A stretch of 64,000 bases of DNA from Crocinitomicaceae bacterium (GTDB taxonomy: Bacteria > Bacteroidota > Bacteroidia > Flavobacteriales_D > Crocinitomicaceae): positions 5,416 through 69,415 of the forward strand of contig JAWUWJ010000039.1 in assembly GCA_034111925.1 (NCBI GenBank). The letters run 5' to 3'. Positions 9,046 to 18,690 of this stretch are shown here, piece by piece. The notes beneath the pieces are model-generated. The model worked only from the letters and a program-made list of their open reading frames with translations, did no database searches and was not told where the DNA came from. Both the position numbers and the translations under genes were made by a program. Position 1 is the stretch's first letter, and every line of letters starts with the position of its first letter.

Positions 9046-12000
9046 ATGTTAAAGCAATCCTTGTTTATAGCCTTTCTTGTTATCTGTCATTTCACCTTTT
9101 CCCAACAGTATTTAACAGCTGAGCCTGTTCCAAATAACGATCAACCTGAATGGGCTTCGCTAATGTATCAGAACCATACAAATATTTACCAAATCGACCA
9201 TCTTTACAAATCATTCTATAAATCAAACATTTACGTTAAGAATACGCACACTCAATATTACAAGCGTTGGAGAAGGAGTATTGATCGGTATATAAATGAT
9301 GAAGGTTATTTGGACAGTACATTGATTGTTCGAATGGCCCAAAAAATGGATGTTTATAAACAAGATGAGCAAAACACTCAAACCAAAATCGCTGGTAACT
9401 GGTATACGATTGGACCATTCGAAGAGAGAAAAAATGGCGGTGATTTAAGTCATAGACAGGCAAATATTAGAAGTATTGCAATGTGTCAAGCATTTCCAGA
9501 TATTATGTATTCTGGAACAGAGCCTGGAGAAATTTATAAAAGCATTGATGGCGGAGACAATTGGACCAACATTTCATCTTCAATTGTAACTGCTTATACC
9601 ACAGGTGCCGTTACTTCAAATGCTAGTATAGAAGGCATTGCAGTAGATTTCACCAATCCTGACAAAGTTTATGCGGTATCTGGAAATGAAATTTTTATTT
9701 CGAGTGATGGTGGGCTGACATGGGCAAGTAATGTTTTTGCGAATGCTCCACTTTTCGGATATATTGAAACACCGAACGAAATTCAAATAGACCCGAGTAA
9801 TTCAAATAGAATTTTAATCGCCGGGCTTGATGGTTTGCATGAGAGTATTGATGGCGGTCTGACTTGGTCACAAGTATTTACCGAAACCTGTTTCGATTTA
9901 AAATTCCAATCTGGAAATGCAAATACTATTTTCGTTTTAAGAGACAATCCAATAACGGATATTCATGAATTTGTTCGATCCACAGATGGCGGAACAAACT
10001 GGACCGTAATGACGAATGGGTGGTATAACTCAACGGACAGTAACAGGGATATAATTGGAGGTAGAATTGCGGTCTCTCCAGCAAATCCATCTATAATTTA
10101 TGCTTTTCTGATTGGAAATTCTAAAGCCGGAGATGAAGGATTCATTGGGCTTTATAAAAGTATTGATGGGGGCGACAGCTGGCTGAACACCCAAGGTTTT
10201 GATGGTGGACCTTATACTGCAGCGCATCCAAATTTAATCGCTTCTAATCCATTGGGTGGATTTAACCAAGGAATGTACAATTGTGCTTTAATGGTATCAA
10301 ACACAGATGCTGATCAAGTTTTAGTTGGTGGAATAAACTTATGGAAAACAGTGGATGCAGGTTTAACTTTTGAAAGTGTAGTTGACTATTACATTCCAGG
10401 CTTGTTTGACATGCACGTTGACATGCAAGACTTTCGATCACATGGAAATGAATATTGGGTAACCTGTGATGGTGGGATTTTCAAATCAACAGATTTCTTT
10501 AGCACACAACCAGACTTCAAAATGACAGGCCTCCATGCTGCAGATTTTTGGGGCTTTGCTTCAGGCTGGAATTTTGATTTATTAGCAGGAGGAACTTTTC
10601 ACAACGGATTTGATGTTTATGCGGAGAGTTATCCGAACGGTGAATTTTTCAGTGTTGCAGCTGGAGAGCCAGCAAGTGGATATGTAAGTCCTGGAGATTC
10701 AACTCGTGTTTTTTGGACCAGTAACTCTGCAAAAGTCCCAACTCTAGTAACCGGATCAACTTCAAACTTTTCCAATTTAGGACTGGCTCCAAATGAGTCA
10801 CCTTGGTTTGCTGAATCCTCCGAGCTTCTGTTTCATCCCAATTGTTACAATCACATTTACACTGGAAATGAGAACAACATATTGAAGAGTGAAGATGGTG
10901 GCTCCAACTTTAATACGATTTTTAGCGGCCCCATCAACTCGCAAGTTTTGGATATTGAAATTTCACGTGCCAATTCGCAAGTTATGTATGCTGTTGTTGT
11001 CAATTCAACATTTACAGATGCTTCGGTCTTTACAACAAATGATCAATGGCAAACTTCGAACTCTTTATCCTTGCCAGGAGGCGGAGGTTCTCTTATTTTA
11101 ATTGAGCTGGATGCAGAAGACGAAAACATTCTTTGGCTTTCCTACCCGAGAGGAGTAAATGGAAACAAGGTATTTAAATCTACCGATGCTGGTCAAACCT
11201 GGACCAATGAAACAAGTTCAGAACTTGATGATCAAAGAATTTACGCGATGGCTGCTATTGGAGGAACAGATGGCGGTGTTTACATCAATACAAACATGAC
11301 CTGCTATTATAAGAATAACTCAATGGCATCTTGGGCAATAGACAATCTAGGCTTACCTCTAACGATTACCACGCGTGAAATTCTGCCATTCTATCGGGAT
11401 GGAAAAGTAAGAATCGGAAGTTATGGGAAAGGAGTATGGGAGAGCCAAATGTACGAAGCTCCAACACGACCAGTAGCTCAAATTATGGTCAATCAATTGA
11501 CCGCGAATTGCACAAGTGATCTTTTTTACTTTGATGACTATTCAATGCTAAATCATTCAGGAGCATCTTGGTTGTGGTCTTTTGAAAATGGATCAATTGC
11601 AACTTCTACACTTAGAAACCCTGCTGTTTCTTTTACGATTTACGGATCACATTTGGTGACATTAACGATTACGAACAACAATGGTGTTTCCTCAACTGAT
11701 TCTATGTATGTTACTACTTCGCCGCCACTAAACATTCTTTCTGAAGATTTCGAAGGAAATTTCCCTCCAAACGGATGGAAAATTAATTTGGCAGCTCCAT
11801 GGATCAAGACTACAGTAGCAGGTGGGTATGGGACAAGTCAAAGCAGTATGTTATTTGACAATTATGTATTAAATCAAGATGGAATTGCATTTAATATTGA
11901 AACTGCAATTGACTTGACAAATGCGGTTTCATCAAACTGTTTTTTATCATTTGATGTAGCATACGCTAAATATGCTGTCAATTATGCGGATTCACTGGAA

Positions 12001-12525
12001 GTTCTTGTTTCTTCAGATTGCGGAAGCAACTGGAATTCTGTCTATTACAAAGGTGGCGATGATTTAGCTACAGCTCCAGATGAAACAGGCGCAGCGTTTC
12101 AACCGGCAGCAAATGAATGGAGAACAGATTCAATAGATCTTGGAGCGTATGCTGGAGAAACGAATATGGCAATCAGATTTAGCAACATAAATGACTTTGG
12201 ACAGCGCTTATACATAGACAATGTGAATTTAGAATATACGAGCAATCTTTCCTTAAACGAAAACAATCCATCAGCAATAGAGTACTACCCGAACCCGGTG
12301 AGTCCAACAGGATTACTAACATTAAAAAACGGGGCGGATGGTTCAGGAATCATTTCATTCGCATTGTATGATAATAATGGTAAGCTAATGGGGGCAACAA
12401 AATTATTATCTGGTGAATCGGTTCCTTTGAGCAGTTGGAATTTATCCTCGGGAACGTATATTATATCTATTCAAAATGATCGTCAAATTACACACTCAAC
12501 ACTTATTGTTACTGGGAAGAAATAA
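9046..12525 (+). CDS. secreted BNR/Asp-box repeat protein with PKD-like domain, choice-of-anchor-J-like domain and T9SS C-terminal sorting domain
   Basis: Start moved to ATG 9046 (MLKQSLFIAFLVICHFTFSQQ signal). About eight S-x-D-G-G-x-T-W Asp-box motifs are present (KSIDGGDNWT, SSDGGLTWA, ESIDGGLTWS, RSTDGGTNWT, KSIDGGDSWL, KSEDGGSNF, KSTDAGQTWT). The C-terminus YYPNPVSPTGLLTL...SGTYIISIQN is T9SS-CTD-like. Confidence 0.7.
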   Translation: MLKQSLFIAFLVICHFTFSQQYLTAEPVPNNDQPEWASLMYQNHTNIYQIDHLYKSFYKSNIYVKNTHTQYYKRWRRSIDRYINDEGYLDSTLIVRMAQKMDVYKQDEQNTQTKIAGNWYTIGPFEERKNGGDLSHRQANIRSIAMCQAFPDIMYSGTEPGEIYKSIDGGDNWTNISSSIVTAYTTGAVTSNASIEGIAVDFTNPDKVYAVSGNEIFISSDGGLTWASNVFANAPLFGYIETPNEIQIDPSNSNRILIAGLDGLHESIDGGLTWSQVFTETCFDLKFQSGNANTIFVLRDNPITDIHEFVRSTDGGTNWTVMTNGWYNSTDSNRDIIGGRIAVSPANPSIIYAFLIGNSKAGDEGFIGLYKSIDGGDSWLNTQGFDGGPYTAAHPNLIASNPLGGFNQGMYNCALMVSNTDADQVLVGGINLWKTVDAGLTFESVVDYYIPGLFDMHVDMQDFRSHGNEYWVTCDGGIFKSTDFFSTQPDFKMTGLHAADFWGFASGWNFDLLAGGTFHNGFDVYAESYPNGEFFSVAAGEPASGYVSPGDSTRVFWTSNSAKVPTLVTGSTSNFSNLGLAPNESPWFAESSELLFHPNCYNHIYTGNENNILKSEDGGSNFNTIFSGPINSQVLDIEISRANSQVMYAVVVNSTFTDASVFTTNDQWQTSNSLSLPGGGGSLILIELDAEDENILWLSYPRGVNGNKVFKSTDAGQTWTNETSSELDDQRIYAMAAIGGTDGGVYINTNMTCYYKNNSMASWAIDNLGLPLTITTREILPFYRDGKVRIGSYGKGVWESQMYEAPTRPVAQIMVNQLTANCTSDLFYFDDYSMLNHSGASWLWSFENGSIATSTLRNPAVSFTIYGSHLVTLTITNNNGVSSTDSMYVTTSPPLNILSEDFEGNFPPNGWKINLAAPWIKTTVAGGYGTSQSSMLFDNYVLNQDGIAFNIETAIDLTNAVSSNCFLSFDVAYAKYAVNYADSLEVLVSSDCGSNWNSVYYKGGDDLATAPDETGAAFQPAANEWRTDSIDLGAYAGETNMAIRFSNINDFGQRLYIDNVNLEYTSNLSLNENNPSAIEYYPNPVSPTGLLTLKNGADGSGIISFALYDNNGKLMGATKLLSGESVPLSSWNLSSGTYIISIQNDRQITHSTLIVTGKK

Positions 12526-12549
12526 TCCTTGTTTTTATTGGAATCGATT

Positions 12550-14031
12550 TTAACTTTCATCTTCGACGTTACTAGGTGGCAAGGATTGTGGTTTCTCCAT
12601 GAACCAAACCAGCGCGACATAGAATAAGATCAGCGAATTGTGGAAGAAGAATTTAGACCACGAAAATTCGTTCGGATCCATGTCAACTAGAACCGTAACG
12701 AAGTACAAAACAAGCGCTAAACCGAAGTAAAGGACGAACTTCCTTAGGTTGTATTTAATCGGATAATATTTCTGACCGAGCAGGTAAGAAGCCACCATTT
12801 GCAATCCATAAACGATCAATGTTGCCCAAGCTGCGGCCCAATAACTATAGAGTGAAACGAAGATGACATTGATTATAATTGTAATAGCCGCACCACCCAG
12901 AGCTATATATGCTCCAAAACGTGTTTGTCCGCTTAGCTTGTACCAAATTGATTGATTGAGATAGATTCCTAAAAAGACATTGGCGACTAACAATATTGGA
13001 ACTACGCCGAGTCCAGCCCAATAGTCATCGTTCCGAATAAAATGTTTGAAGATGTCAATGTTCATTGCTACCCCCATAAAAACGATACAAACAGCCGCAA
13101 TGAAATAATTCATAATCTTCGCATACAACTTATTTCGATCCTGATTTTTTGCTTGAGCAAAGAAGAAAGGCTCGGCTGCATATCGATAGGCTTGAAGAAA
13201 AATTGTTACGATCATCGCGAGCTTGTAGCAGGCACTATAAATTCCAACCTCACTAAGCGCTTCTTTTTTAGTATTACCCGCTCCCATGAGTAGATCTTTC
13301 ATCATGACACGATCTAAGGTTTCGTTAATGATTCCTGCAAAACCAGCGACAACTAAAGGCAATGAATACTTCAACATTTCCTTCGCCAATTCAACATTTA
13401 TTTTGAATTGGACCTTTAAGAATTCCTTGTATGTTCCAAAGACCTTAACACTTGAAGCAGCAATGTTTGCAAGGAGAATGTAGAAAATCGCCTGCATTGG
13501 ATCATTGGCCTCAAACAGGAAGAAAATGATGATTAAGTTGAGGCCAATATTTACGATTATGGCTGTGAAATGAATCAATGAAAATTCGCGCGCTTTATTC
13601 TCTGACCGAAGTTTCGCCATTGGCAAAGCTGTTACCGCGTCAATGCAAACAATTAGCGCCAGAGAAGTGATAAACTCACTGTGCTGTGGATAGCCAACCA
13701 TATTCGCTATTCCCTGACTGGCAAAGAACATGAATACAAAAAATGCAGCGCTAAAAATAAGAACTGTGATAAAGCTGTTTTGAAAAACTGCGTCTTTGTC
13801 GTCCTTTTTATTCAGGTATCTGAAATAAGCGGTTTCCATTCCGAGCGGAAGAAGAATCATTAAAAACGCCACCCATGCATACAATTCAGACAACGTTCCA
13901 TAATCGTTCGTCTCGAACGCACCTTTCATGGTGTAAAGCGGCACTAAAAAATAATTGAGCAATCTCCCAACAATTGTCGGAAGGCCATAAACGGCAGTTT
14001 GCCCCAATAATTTTTTCAGTGGATTACTCAA
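12550..14031 (-). CDS. polysaccharide biosynthesis flippase (Wzx/MOP family)
   Basis: About 14 TM helices. The N-terminus LKKLLGQTAVYGLPTIVGRLLNYFLVPLYT is typical of Bacteroidota Wzx-like proteins. It apparently starts at TTG, immediately after the upstream stop. Confidence 0.75.
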   Translation of the reverse strand: MSNPLKKLLGQTAVYGLPTIVGRLLNYFLVPLYTMKGAFETNDYGTLSELYAWVAFLMILLPLGMETAYFRYLNKKDDKDAVFQNSFITVLIFSAAFFVFMFFASQGIANMVGYPQHSEFITSLALIVCIDAVTALPMAKLRSENKAREFSLIHFTAIIVNIGLNLIIIFFLFEANDPMQAIFYILLANIAASSVKVFGTYKEFLKVQFKINVELAKEMLKYSLPLVVAGFAGIINETLDRVMMKDLLMGAGNTKKEALSEVGIYSACYKLAMIVTIFLQAYRYAAEPFFFAQAKNQDRNKLYAKIMNYFIAAVCIVFMGVAMNIDIFKHFIRNDDYWAGLGVVPILLVANVFLGIYLNQSIWYKLSGQTRFGAYIALGGAAITIIINVIFVSLYSYWAAAWATLIVYGLQMVASYLLGQKYYPIKYNLRKFVLYFGLALVLYFVTVLVDMDPNEFSWSKFFFHNSLILFYVALVWFMEKPQSLPPSNVEDES

Positions 14032-14032
14032 A

Positions 14033-14809
14033 CTAGCTTCTGAAATTTGGCTTGCGTTTCTCTAAAAATGCGGTTGTACCTTCTTTGAAGTCAGCTGTTC
14101 CGAAACATTTTCCGAATTCTTCGATTTCAACATCGTATCCGTTCACTCCGTCTTCGAAATTCGCGTTGACAGATTTTATCGCTGAAGCAATTGCCGATCC
14201 TGAATTGTTCAAGATTTTTCCAGCGATTTCTTCTGCTTTGTTTAATAATTCTTCCAACTCAACAACGTGGTTGACCAAGCCCCAAGACAATGCATCATCT
14301 GCTTTGATCATTCCTGCAGTGAAAACCATTTCATTGGCCTTTCCTTTCCCGACAAGTTGCGTCAAACGTTGCGTTCCTCCATACCCTGGAATTACTCCCA
14401 AACTAACCTCAGGCAAGCCCATTCTAGCATTTGAAGATGCCACGCGAATGTGAGAACACATTGCCAATTCCAAACCACCTCCAAGTGCAAAACCATTTAC
14501 GGCTGCGATAACCGGAGTTGTCATGTTTTCAATAAAACTGAAAAGAATATCTTGACCATTCTTCGCCAACTCACCTCCCTGAGAGATTGTGAAATCTGCG
14601 AATTCCTTAATATCAGCTCCAGCAACAAATGATTTTTCACCCGAACCTGTTAAGATCACTACTCCAGTTCCATTGTCATCATTCGCAGTACTAAGCGCTT
14701 GATTCAATTCTGAAATCGTTTCCTTGTTCAAGGCGTTCAATTGCTTCGGTCTGTTGATCGTGATTGTCAAAATCTGACCTTTTTGTTCTGTAAGAATGTT
14801 GTTGTACAT
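14033..14809 (-). CDS. enoyl-CoA hydratase/isomerase family protein
   Basis: Crotonase motifs FVAGADIKEF and ALGGGLELAMCSHIRVAS are present, and the length is 258 aa. Confidence 0.9.
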   Translation of the reverse strand: MYNNILTEQKGQILTITINRPKQLNALNKETISELNQALSTANDDNGTGVVILTGSGEKSFVAGADIKEFADFTISQGGELAKNGQDILFSFIENMTTPVIAAVNGFALGGGLELAMCSHIRVASSNARMGLPEVSLGVIPGYGGTQRLTQLVGKGKANEMVFTAGMIKADDALSWGLVNHVVELEELLNKAEEIAGKILNNSGSAIASAIKSVNANFEDGVNGYDVEIEEFGKCFGTADFKEGTTAFLEKRKPNFRS

Positions 14810-14814
14810 ATTCT

Positions 14815-15363
14815 TTATTTCGTTTTATTTCTTGTTCGTTTATAGATCTTAATTGCAATCATTAAGGCGACTGCGACTCCAAAAAAGCCGATTGTTCCTT
14901 TGAGCCAATTCATGGAATCCCTCATTGTTACTAAGAATGCAATGGCCACTAAACAAAGTGTCGCAAGCTCATTCCACAACCTTAATTTCCCTGATTTATG
15001 CTTAAAAATGCCGTCTTTCATCTTAAACATCATGCTTTGACTTCCAAAATGATACACCAGTAATAACGCAACAAATGCCAATTTTATGTGCATCCATGGC
15101 TCTTTCACTAAATCCGGATTACCGATCAGCATAATTGTTCCGAACACAACCGCCAAAATCATTGCTGGAGTTGTGATGATCCACCACAACCTTTTTTCCA
15201 TGATTTCAAATTGATCGCTTAATATTTTTTTGGCCACCTCTTCCTTTTCTTGGGCTTCGGTATGGTAAATAAACAATCGGATAATGTAGAAAAGCCCCGC
15301 AAACCAGCTTACTACGAAGATAATGTGCAATGCTTTTATTGTTGAATAACTCTCGGGGCTCAT
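14815..15363 (-). CDS. HemJ-like CopD family membrane protein (putative protoporphyrinogen oxidase)
   Basis: ALHIIFVVSWFAGLFYIIRLFIYHTEA ... MEKRLWWIITTPAM matches my recollection of the HemJ/TIGR00701 family. Start moved to ATG (rc of 15361-15363). The track's longer N-terminus only translates the 8-mer repeat. Confidence 0.65.
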   Translation of the reverse strand: MSPESYSTIKALHIIFVVSWFAGLFYIIRLFIYHTEAQEKEEVAKKILSDQFEIMEKRLWWIITTPAMILAVVFGTIMLIGNPDLVKEPWMHIKLAFVALLLVYHFGSQSMMFKMKDGIFKHKSGKLRLWNELATLCLVAIAFLVTMRDSMNWLKGTIGFFGVAVALMIAIKIYKRTRNKTK

Positions 15364-15378
15364 AGGGCAAAGATAACT

Positions 15379-15426
15379 CGATTGTTCGATTTTCCGATTG
15401 TTCGATTGTTCGATTGTTCGATTCAT
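15379..15426. repeat. tandem 8-mer CGATTGTT, about 6 copies
   Basis: The run reads cgattgtt cgattttc cgattgtt cgattgtt cgattgtt cgattcat. It lies in the divergent hemJ-like/lysS intergenic region. Confidence 0.9.
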
Positions 15427-15469
15427 CCAAAAATCCGCAGCCTCAGGCGTTTCGAATAATCGAATTCAC

Positions 15470-15477
15470 TATCTTTG
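15470..15477 (+). promoter_or_regulatory. -7 promoter box TATCTTTG for lysS
   Basis: Perfect TAnnTTTG, ending 19 nt upstream of ATG 15496. It is part of a 21-nt block identical to the asnS promoter. Confidence 0.55.
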
Positions 15478-15495
15478 CGGACTTATTACATTATT

Positions 15496-17208
15496 ATGAG
15501 CTCAATTGAACTTTCAGATCAAGAAATTCAGCGAAGAGAGTCGTTGAACAAATTAAGAGGGTTAGGGATTAATCCTTATCCAGCAGCACTGTATCCAGTT
15601 ACGCACAAGTCGGCAGATATCAAGAACGACTTTAAGGATGGCGAGGAAGTATGTGTTGCAGGTCGATTGATGAGACGAAAGGTTCAAGGAAAGGCTTCTT
15701 TTGGTGATTTACAGGATGGTGAAGGGAAAATTCAAGTCTATTTCAATAGAGATGAAATTTGCCCAGGTGAAGACAAAACGCTTTACAACGATGTATTTAA
15801 GAAATTACTGGATTTAGGTGATTTTGTTGGTGCAAAAGGAATTGTTTTCAAAACGCAAACAGGAGAGATTTCTGTTGCAGTTAAGGAGTTTACGCTTCTG
15901 AGCAAAGCACTTAAACCGCTTCCACTTCCAAAAACGGATTCTGAAGGAAATGTACACGATGCATTTACTGATCCTGAATTGAGGTACCGCCAACGATATG
16001 TTGATTTGACGGTAAACCCTCATGTGAAGGAAATTTTCATGAAGAGAACGAAAATGTTCACAGCAATGCGTCAGTTTTTTAATGATGCAGGCTATTTTGA
16101 AGTGGAAACACCAATTCTTCAACCGATTCCAGGTGGAGCTTCAGCGGCGCCATTTATAACGCACCACAACGCTTTGGATACTCCGTTGTACATGCGAATC
16201 GCGAATGAATTGTATTTGAAACGATTGATCGTTGGTGGGTTTGACGGTGTGTATGAATTCTCGAAAAACTTCAGAAATGAGGGGATGGACAGAACACACA
16301 ACCCAGAATTTACGGCGATGGAAATCTATGTTTCCTACAAGGATTACAATTGGATGATGGAGTTCACTGAGAACTTGGTTGAACACGTTGCTCTTGCAGT
16401 AAACGGAACAACTGATGCTACTTTTGGAGAACATAAAATAAATTTCAAAGCCCCTTATGCGCGTGTTACAATGCGTGATTCAATAATTAACTTCACTGGC
16501 TTCGATATCAAGGGCAAGAATGAAAAAGAGTTGTTTGAAGCTGCCAGAGGAATGGGCATCGAGGTTAATGACACAATGGGTGTTGGTAAATTGATCGATG
16601 AAATTTTCGGTGAAAAATGTGAAGGTCAATACATTCAACCAACGTTTATTACGGATTACCCGAAAGAAATGTCACCGCTTTGTAAAGAGCACAGAGACGA
16701 TCCTTCTTTAACAGAGCGTTTTGAGTTAATGGTTTGCGGAAAAGAAATCGCGAATGCGTATTCTGAGTTGAACGATCCAATTGACCAAAGAGAGCGTTTT
16801 GAAGAACAATTGAAATTAGCAGATCGTGGCGATGACGAGGCAATGTTTATTGATCAAGATTTCTTAAGAGCTTTGGAATACGGAATGCCACCGACATCAG
16901 GAATGGGAATTGGAATGGATCGTTTGATCATGTATTTAACCAACAATCCATCGATTCAAGAAGTGTTGTTCTTCCCTCAAATGAAACCAGAAGTTTTCGG
17001 AGGAAAGAAAGGACCTGAATTATCAGATGCTGAAAAAGTGATTTTCGATATTCTTAGCAAAGAGCAATCAATGGATTTGAATGCTCTGAAAGAGTCATCG
17101 GGACTATCGAACAAGCAATGGGATAAAGGAATCAAAGGATTATCGAAGCATGGATTAACGAAAGTTACGAAGACGGATGACGCTCTTTTGGTTGAGCTAA
17201 CAGCTTAA
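15496..17208 (+). CDS. lysS: lysine--tRNA ligase (class II) with C-terminal extension
   Basis: Class II motifs are present: FRNEGMDRTHNPEFT, ELNDPIDQRERF, GMGIGMDRL. Start moved to ATG 15496 (MSSIELSDQEIQRRE). About 75 extra C-terminal residues follow FFPQMKPE. Confidence 0.95.
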   Translation: MSSIELSDQEIQRRESLNKLRGLGINPYPAALYPVTHKSADIKNDFKDGEEVCVAGRLMRRKVQGKASFGDLQDGEGKIQVYFNRDEICPGEDKTLYNDVFKKLLDLGDFVGAKGIVFKTQTGEISVAVKEFTLLSKALKPLPLPKTDSEGNVHDAFTDPELRYRQRYVDLTVNPHVKEIFMKRTKMFTAMRQFFNDAGYFEVETPILQPIPGGASAAPFITHHNALDTPLYMRIANELYLKRLIVGGFDGVYEFSKNFRNEGMDRTHNPEFTAMEIYVSYKDYNWMMEFTENLVEHVALAVNGTTDATFGEHKINFKAPYARVTMRDSIINFTGFDIKGKNEKELFEAARGMGIEVNDTMGVGKLIDEIFGEKCEGQYIQPTFITDYPKEMSPLCKEHRDDPSLTERFELMVCGKEIANAYSELNDPIDQRERFEEQLKLADRGDDEAMFIDQDFLRALEYGMPPTSGMGIGMDRLIMYLTNNPSIQEVLFFPQMKPEVFGGKKGPELSDAEKVIFDILSKEQSMDLNALKESSGLSNKQWDKGIKGLSKHGLTKVTKTDDALLVELTA

Positions 17209-17217
17209 TTCATTTTT

Positions 17218-17592
17218 TTGAAAATCACTACTAACATATCAACCATTGAGTTGTATGAAGAAGGCATTTTAATTGTACGACAGAAAAATGACATTGAAGT
17301 AACTGGCGATGATTTAAGTGAATCCTTAAGTATTTATGAGAAAGTTTGTGCTGGTAAAAAAAAGAAAGTAATACTCTATATTGGCCAACATGTCCAATTC
17401 TCCGAGGACGCCGTTAAATTCAAAGCACTACAAAAACAAAACGAGCTATTTTCTGCGCAAGCTGTTGTGTTGACAGATCTTCCGCAACGTATTCTACTCA
17501 ATTTTTACTTCAATAAACATCCTTCAGAATACGCCCGTCAAATTTTCTCTACGGAAGATGAGGCGCGTGCTTGGTTGCTATTGCAAGAGTAA
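17218..17592 (+). CDS. hypothetical protein, possibly STAS/SpoIIAA-like fold
   Basis: 124-aa ORF with a TTG start. The ending FSTEDEARAWLLLQ resembles the C-termini of small STAS-like proteins. This is weak evidence. Confidence 0.35.
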   Translation: MKITTNISTIELYEEGILIVRQKNDIEVTGDDLSESLSIYEKVCAGKKKKVILYIGQHVQFSEDAVKFKALQKQNELFSAQAVVLTDLPQRILLNFYFNKHPSEYARQIFSTEDEARAWLLLQE

Positions 17593-17663
17593 ATTCAGAG
17601 GCGATGAAAAAATGCTTTTTGACTTGTTTATGAATTTGGAATAAAACCCATTAATATATTAAG

Positions 17664-17699
17664 AAGCCCATCTTGGATTAACCGAGGCGGGCTTTTTTA
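17664..17699 (+). terminator. putative intrinsic terminator between convergent genes
   Basis: AAGCCC...GGGCTT stem with internal cttgg/ccgag pairing, followed by TTTTTT. Confidence 0.4.
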
Positions 17700-17780
17700 G
17701 TATTTGTTTAAACTCAACATTCCCTGTGTTCCAAAAGAAGCATCCAGGCTTTCGAAAAATAGATTCATAGTTAAATTGAC

Positions 17781-18386
17781 TCACTTCTGTTCAACATCCC
17801 ACTTCTCAACAATCAACCTTTGCAGTTTTTCTGCTTCGGATTTCATTACAACTTCTCCGTCAATGATATCTGTAACTTCTTTGCCTTTAATCATCATTAA
17901 AAGCTCTCTATTTGTGCTTTCTTTATTTTTCAATGAAACAAAGTACGTTTCCTTTTCATTGGTCGTTTTTTTGTCTACGACGACAGATTCAAATTGATCT
18001 TTCATTAAAACTTCCTTGCGCCTTTTCGTTCGGTAAAGAATTAAAGCGTCATTCGTAAAAACAAACGTCTTCTTACCTGCCATCATTTTCAATACAGAAT
18101 AGATTAGCATCACAACTCCAAAGACCCCAATCACCCAGTACTTTGTATATTCCTCTAGCCCAGAACCATAGAATGGAATCGCCACGTAAAGACCAATCAA
18201 GGCCATTAATGCTCCTACAAATGCCAGAAACAAATAGGTGGGATTGTCATACCGTTCTGTATAAATCACCAATTCTCCATGACCGTGATCCTGAACTAAG
18301 AACCGATTAATTTCAGTTCCCCCTTTTTGCTTTCTAGGATAAGATTGTTCGTCTAAAACTTCCATTTCAAAGTTTGATTTTGCCAT
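17781..18386 (-). CDS. hypothetical membrane protein
   Basis: Start moved to ATG (rc of 18384-18386, MAKSNFEMEVL). Two adjacent TM helices (YLFLAFVGALMALIGLYVAIPF, WVIGVFGVVMLIYSVL) are followed by a charged C-terminal domain. Confidence 0.45.
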   Translation of the reverse strand: MAKSNFEMEVLDEQSYPRKQKGGTEINRFLVQDHGHGELVIYTERYDNPTYLFLAFVGALMALIGLYVAIPFYGSGLEEYTKYWVIGVFGVVMLIYSVLKMMAGKKTFVFTNDALILYRTKRRKEVLMKDQFESVVVDKKTTNEKETYFVSLKNKESTNRELLMMIKGKEVTDIIDGEVVMKSEAEKLQRLIVEKWDVEQK

Positions 18387-18535
18387 TAAGAAACGAAGAA
18401 TTTTAAGAACGGGCTTTATGAAATGAGAATGATCTACAAAACCGAGTGTTGAAATCAAATATTTGAAACCTTCAAACGCCTGTTTATTAAGGACAATCAC
18501 TACCACTTTAAGACAGAGAGAATCCAACAATAGAA

Positions 18536-18600
18536 GTTTACTAAACCCGTTTAGTAAACGGTTTACTAAACCCAAAATTAACTTAAACGGTTTAGTTAGG
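18536..18600. promoter_or_regulatory. array of alternating-orientation 11-mers GTTTACTAAAC / GTTTAGTAAAC (operator-like)
   Basis: The array reads gtttactaaac cc gtttagtaaac g gtttactaaac ccaaaattaacttaaacg gtttagttagg. Three perfect copies form two overlapping palindromes, plus one degenerate copy. It lies in a divergent intergenic region. Confidence 0.5.
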
Positions 18601-18690
18601 ATACAAGAGTACCGTTAACTAGGAAGCTGATTCTTTGTGCTAAACCGATTAACCCCGTATTTTCACTCGACTAACTATTACATAACCCCG

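Noticed and set aside
18387-18575. 63-codon N-terminal extension of the membrane-protein ORF
   Set aside because: The extension only translates the palindromic 11-mer array (GLVNRLLNGFSK…). The internal ATG at 18386 gives a sensible protein, so I treated the array as regulatory DNA.
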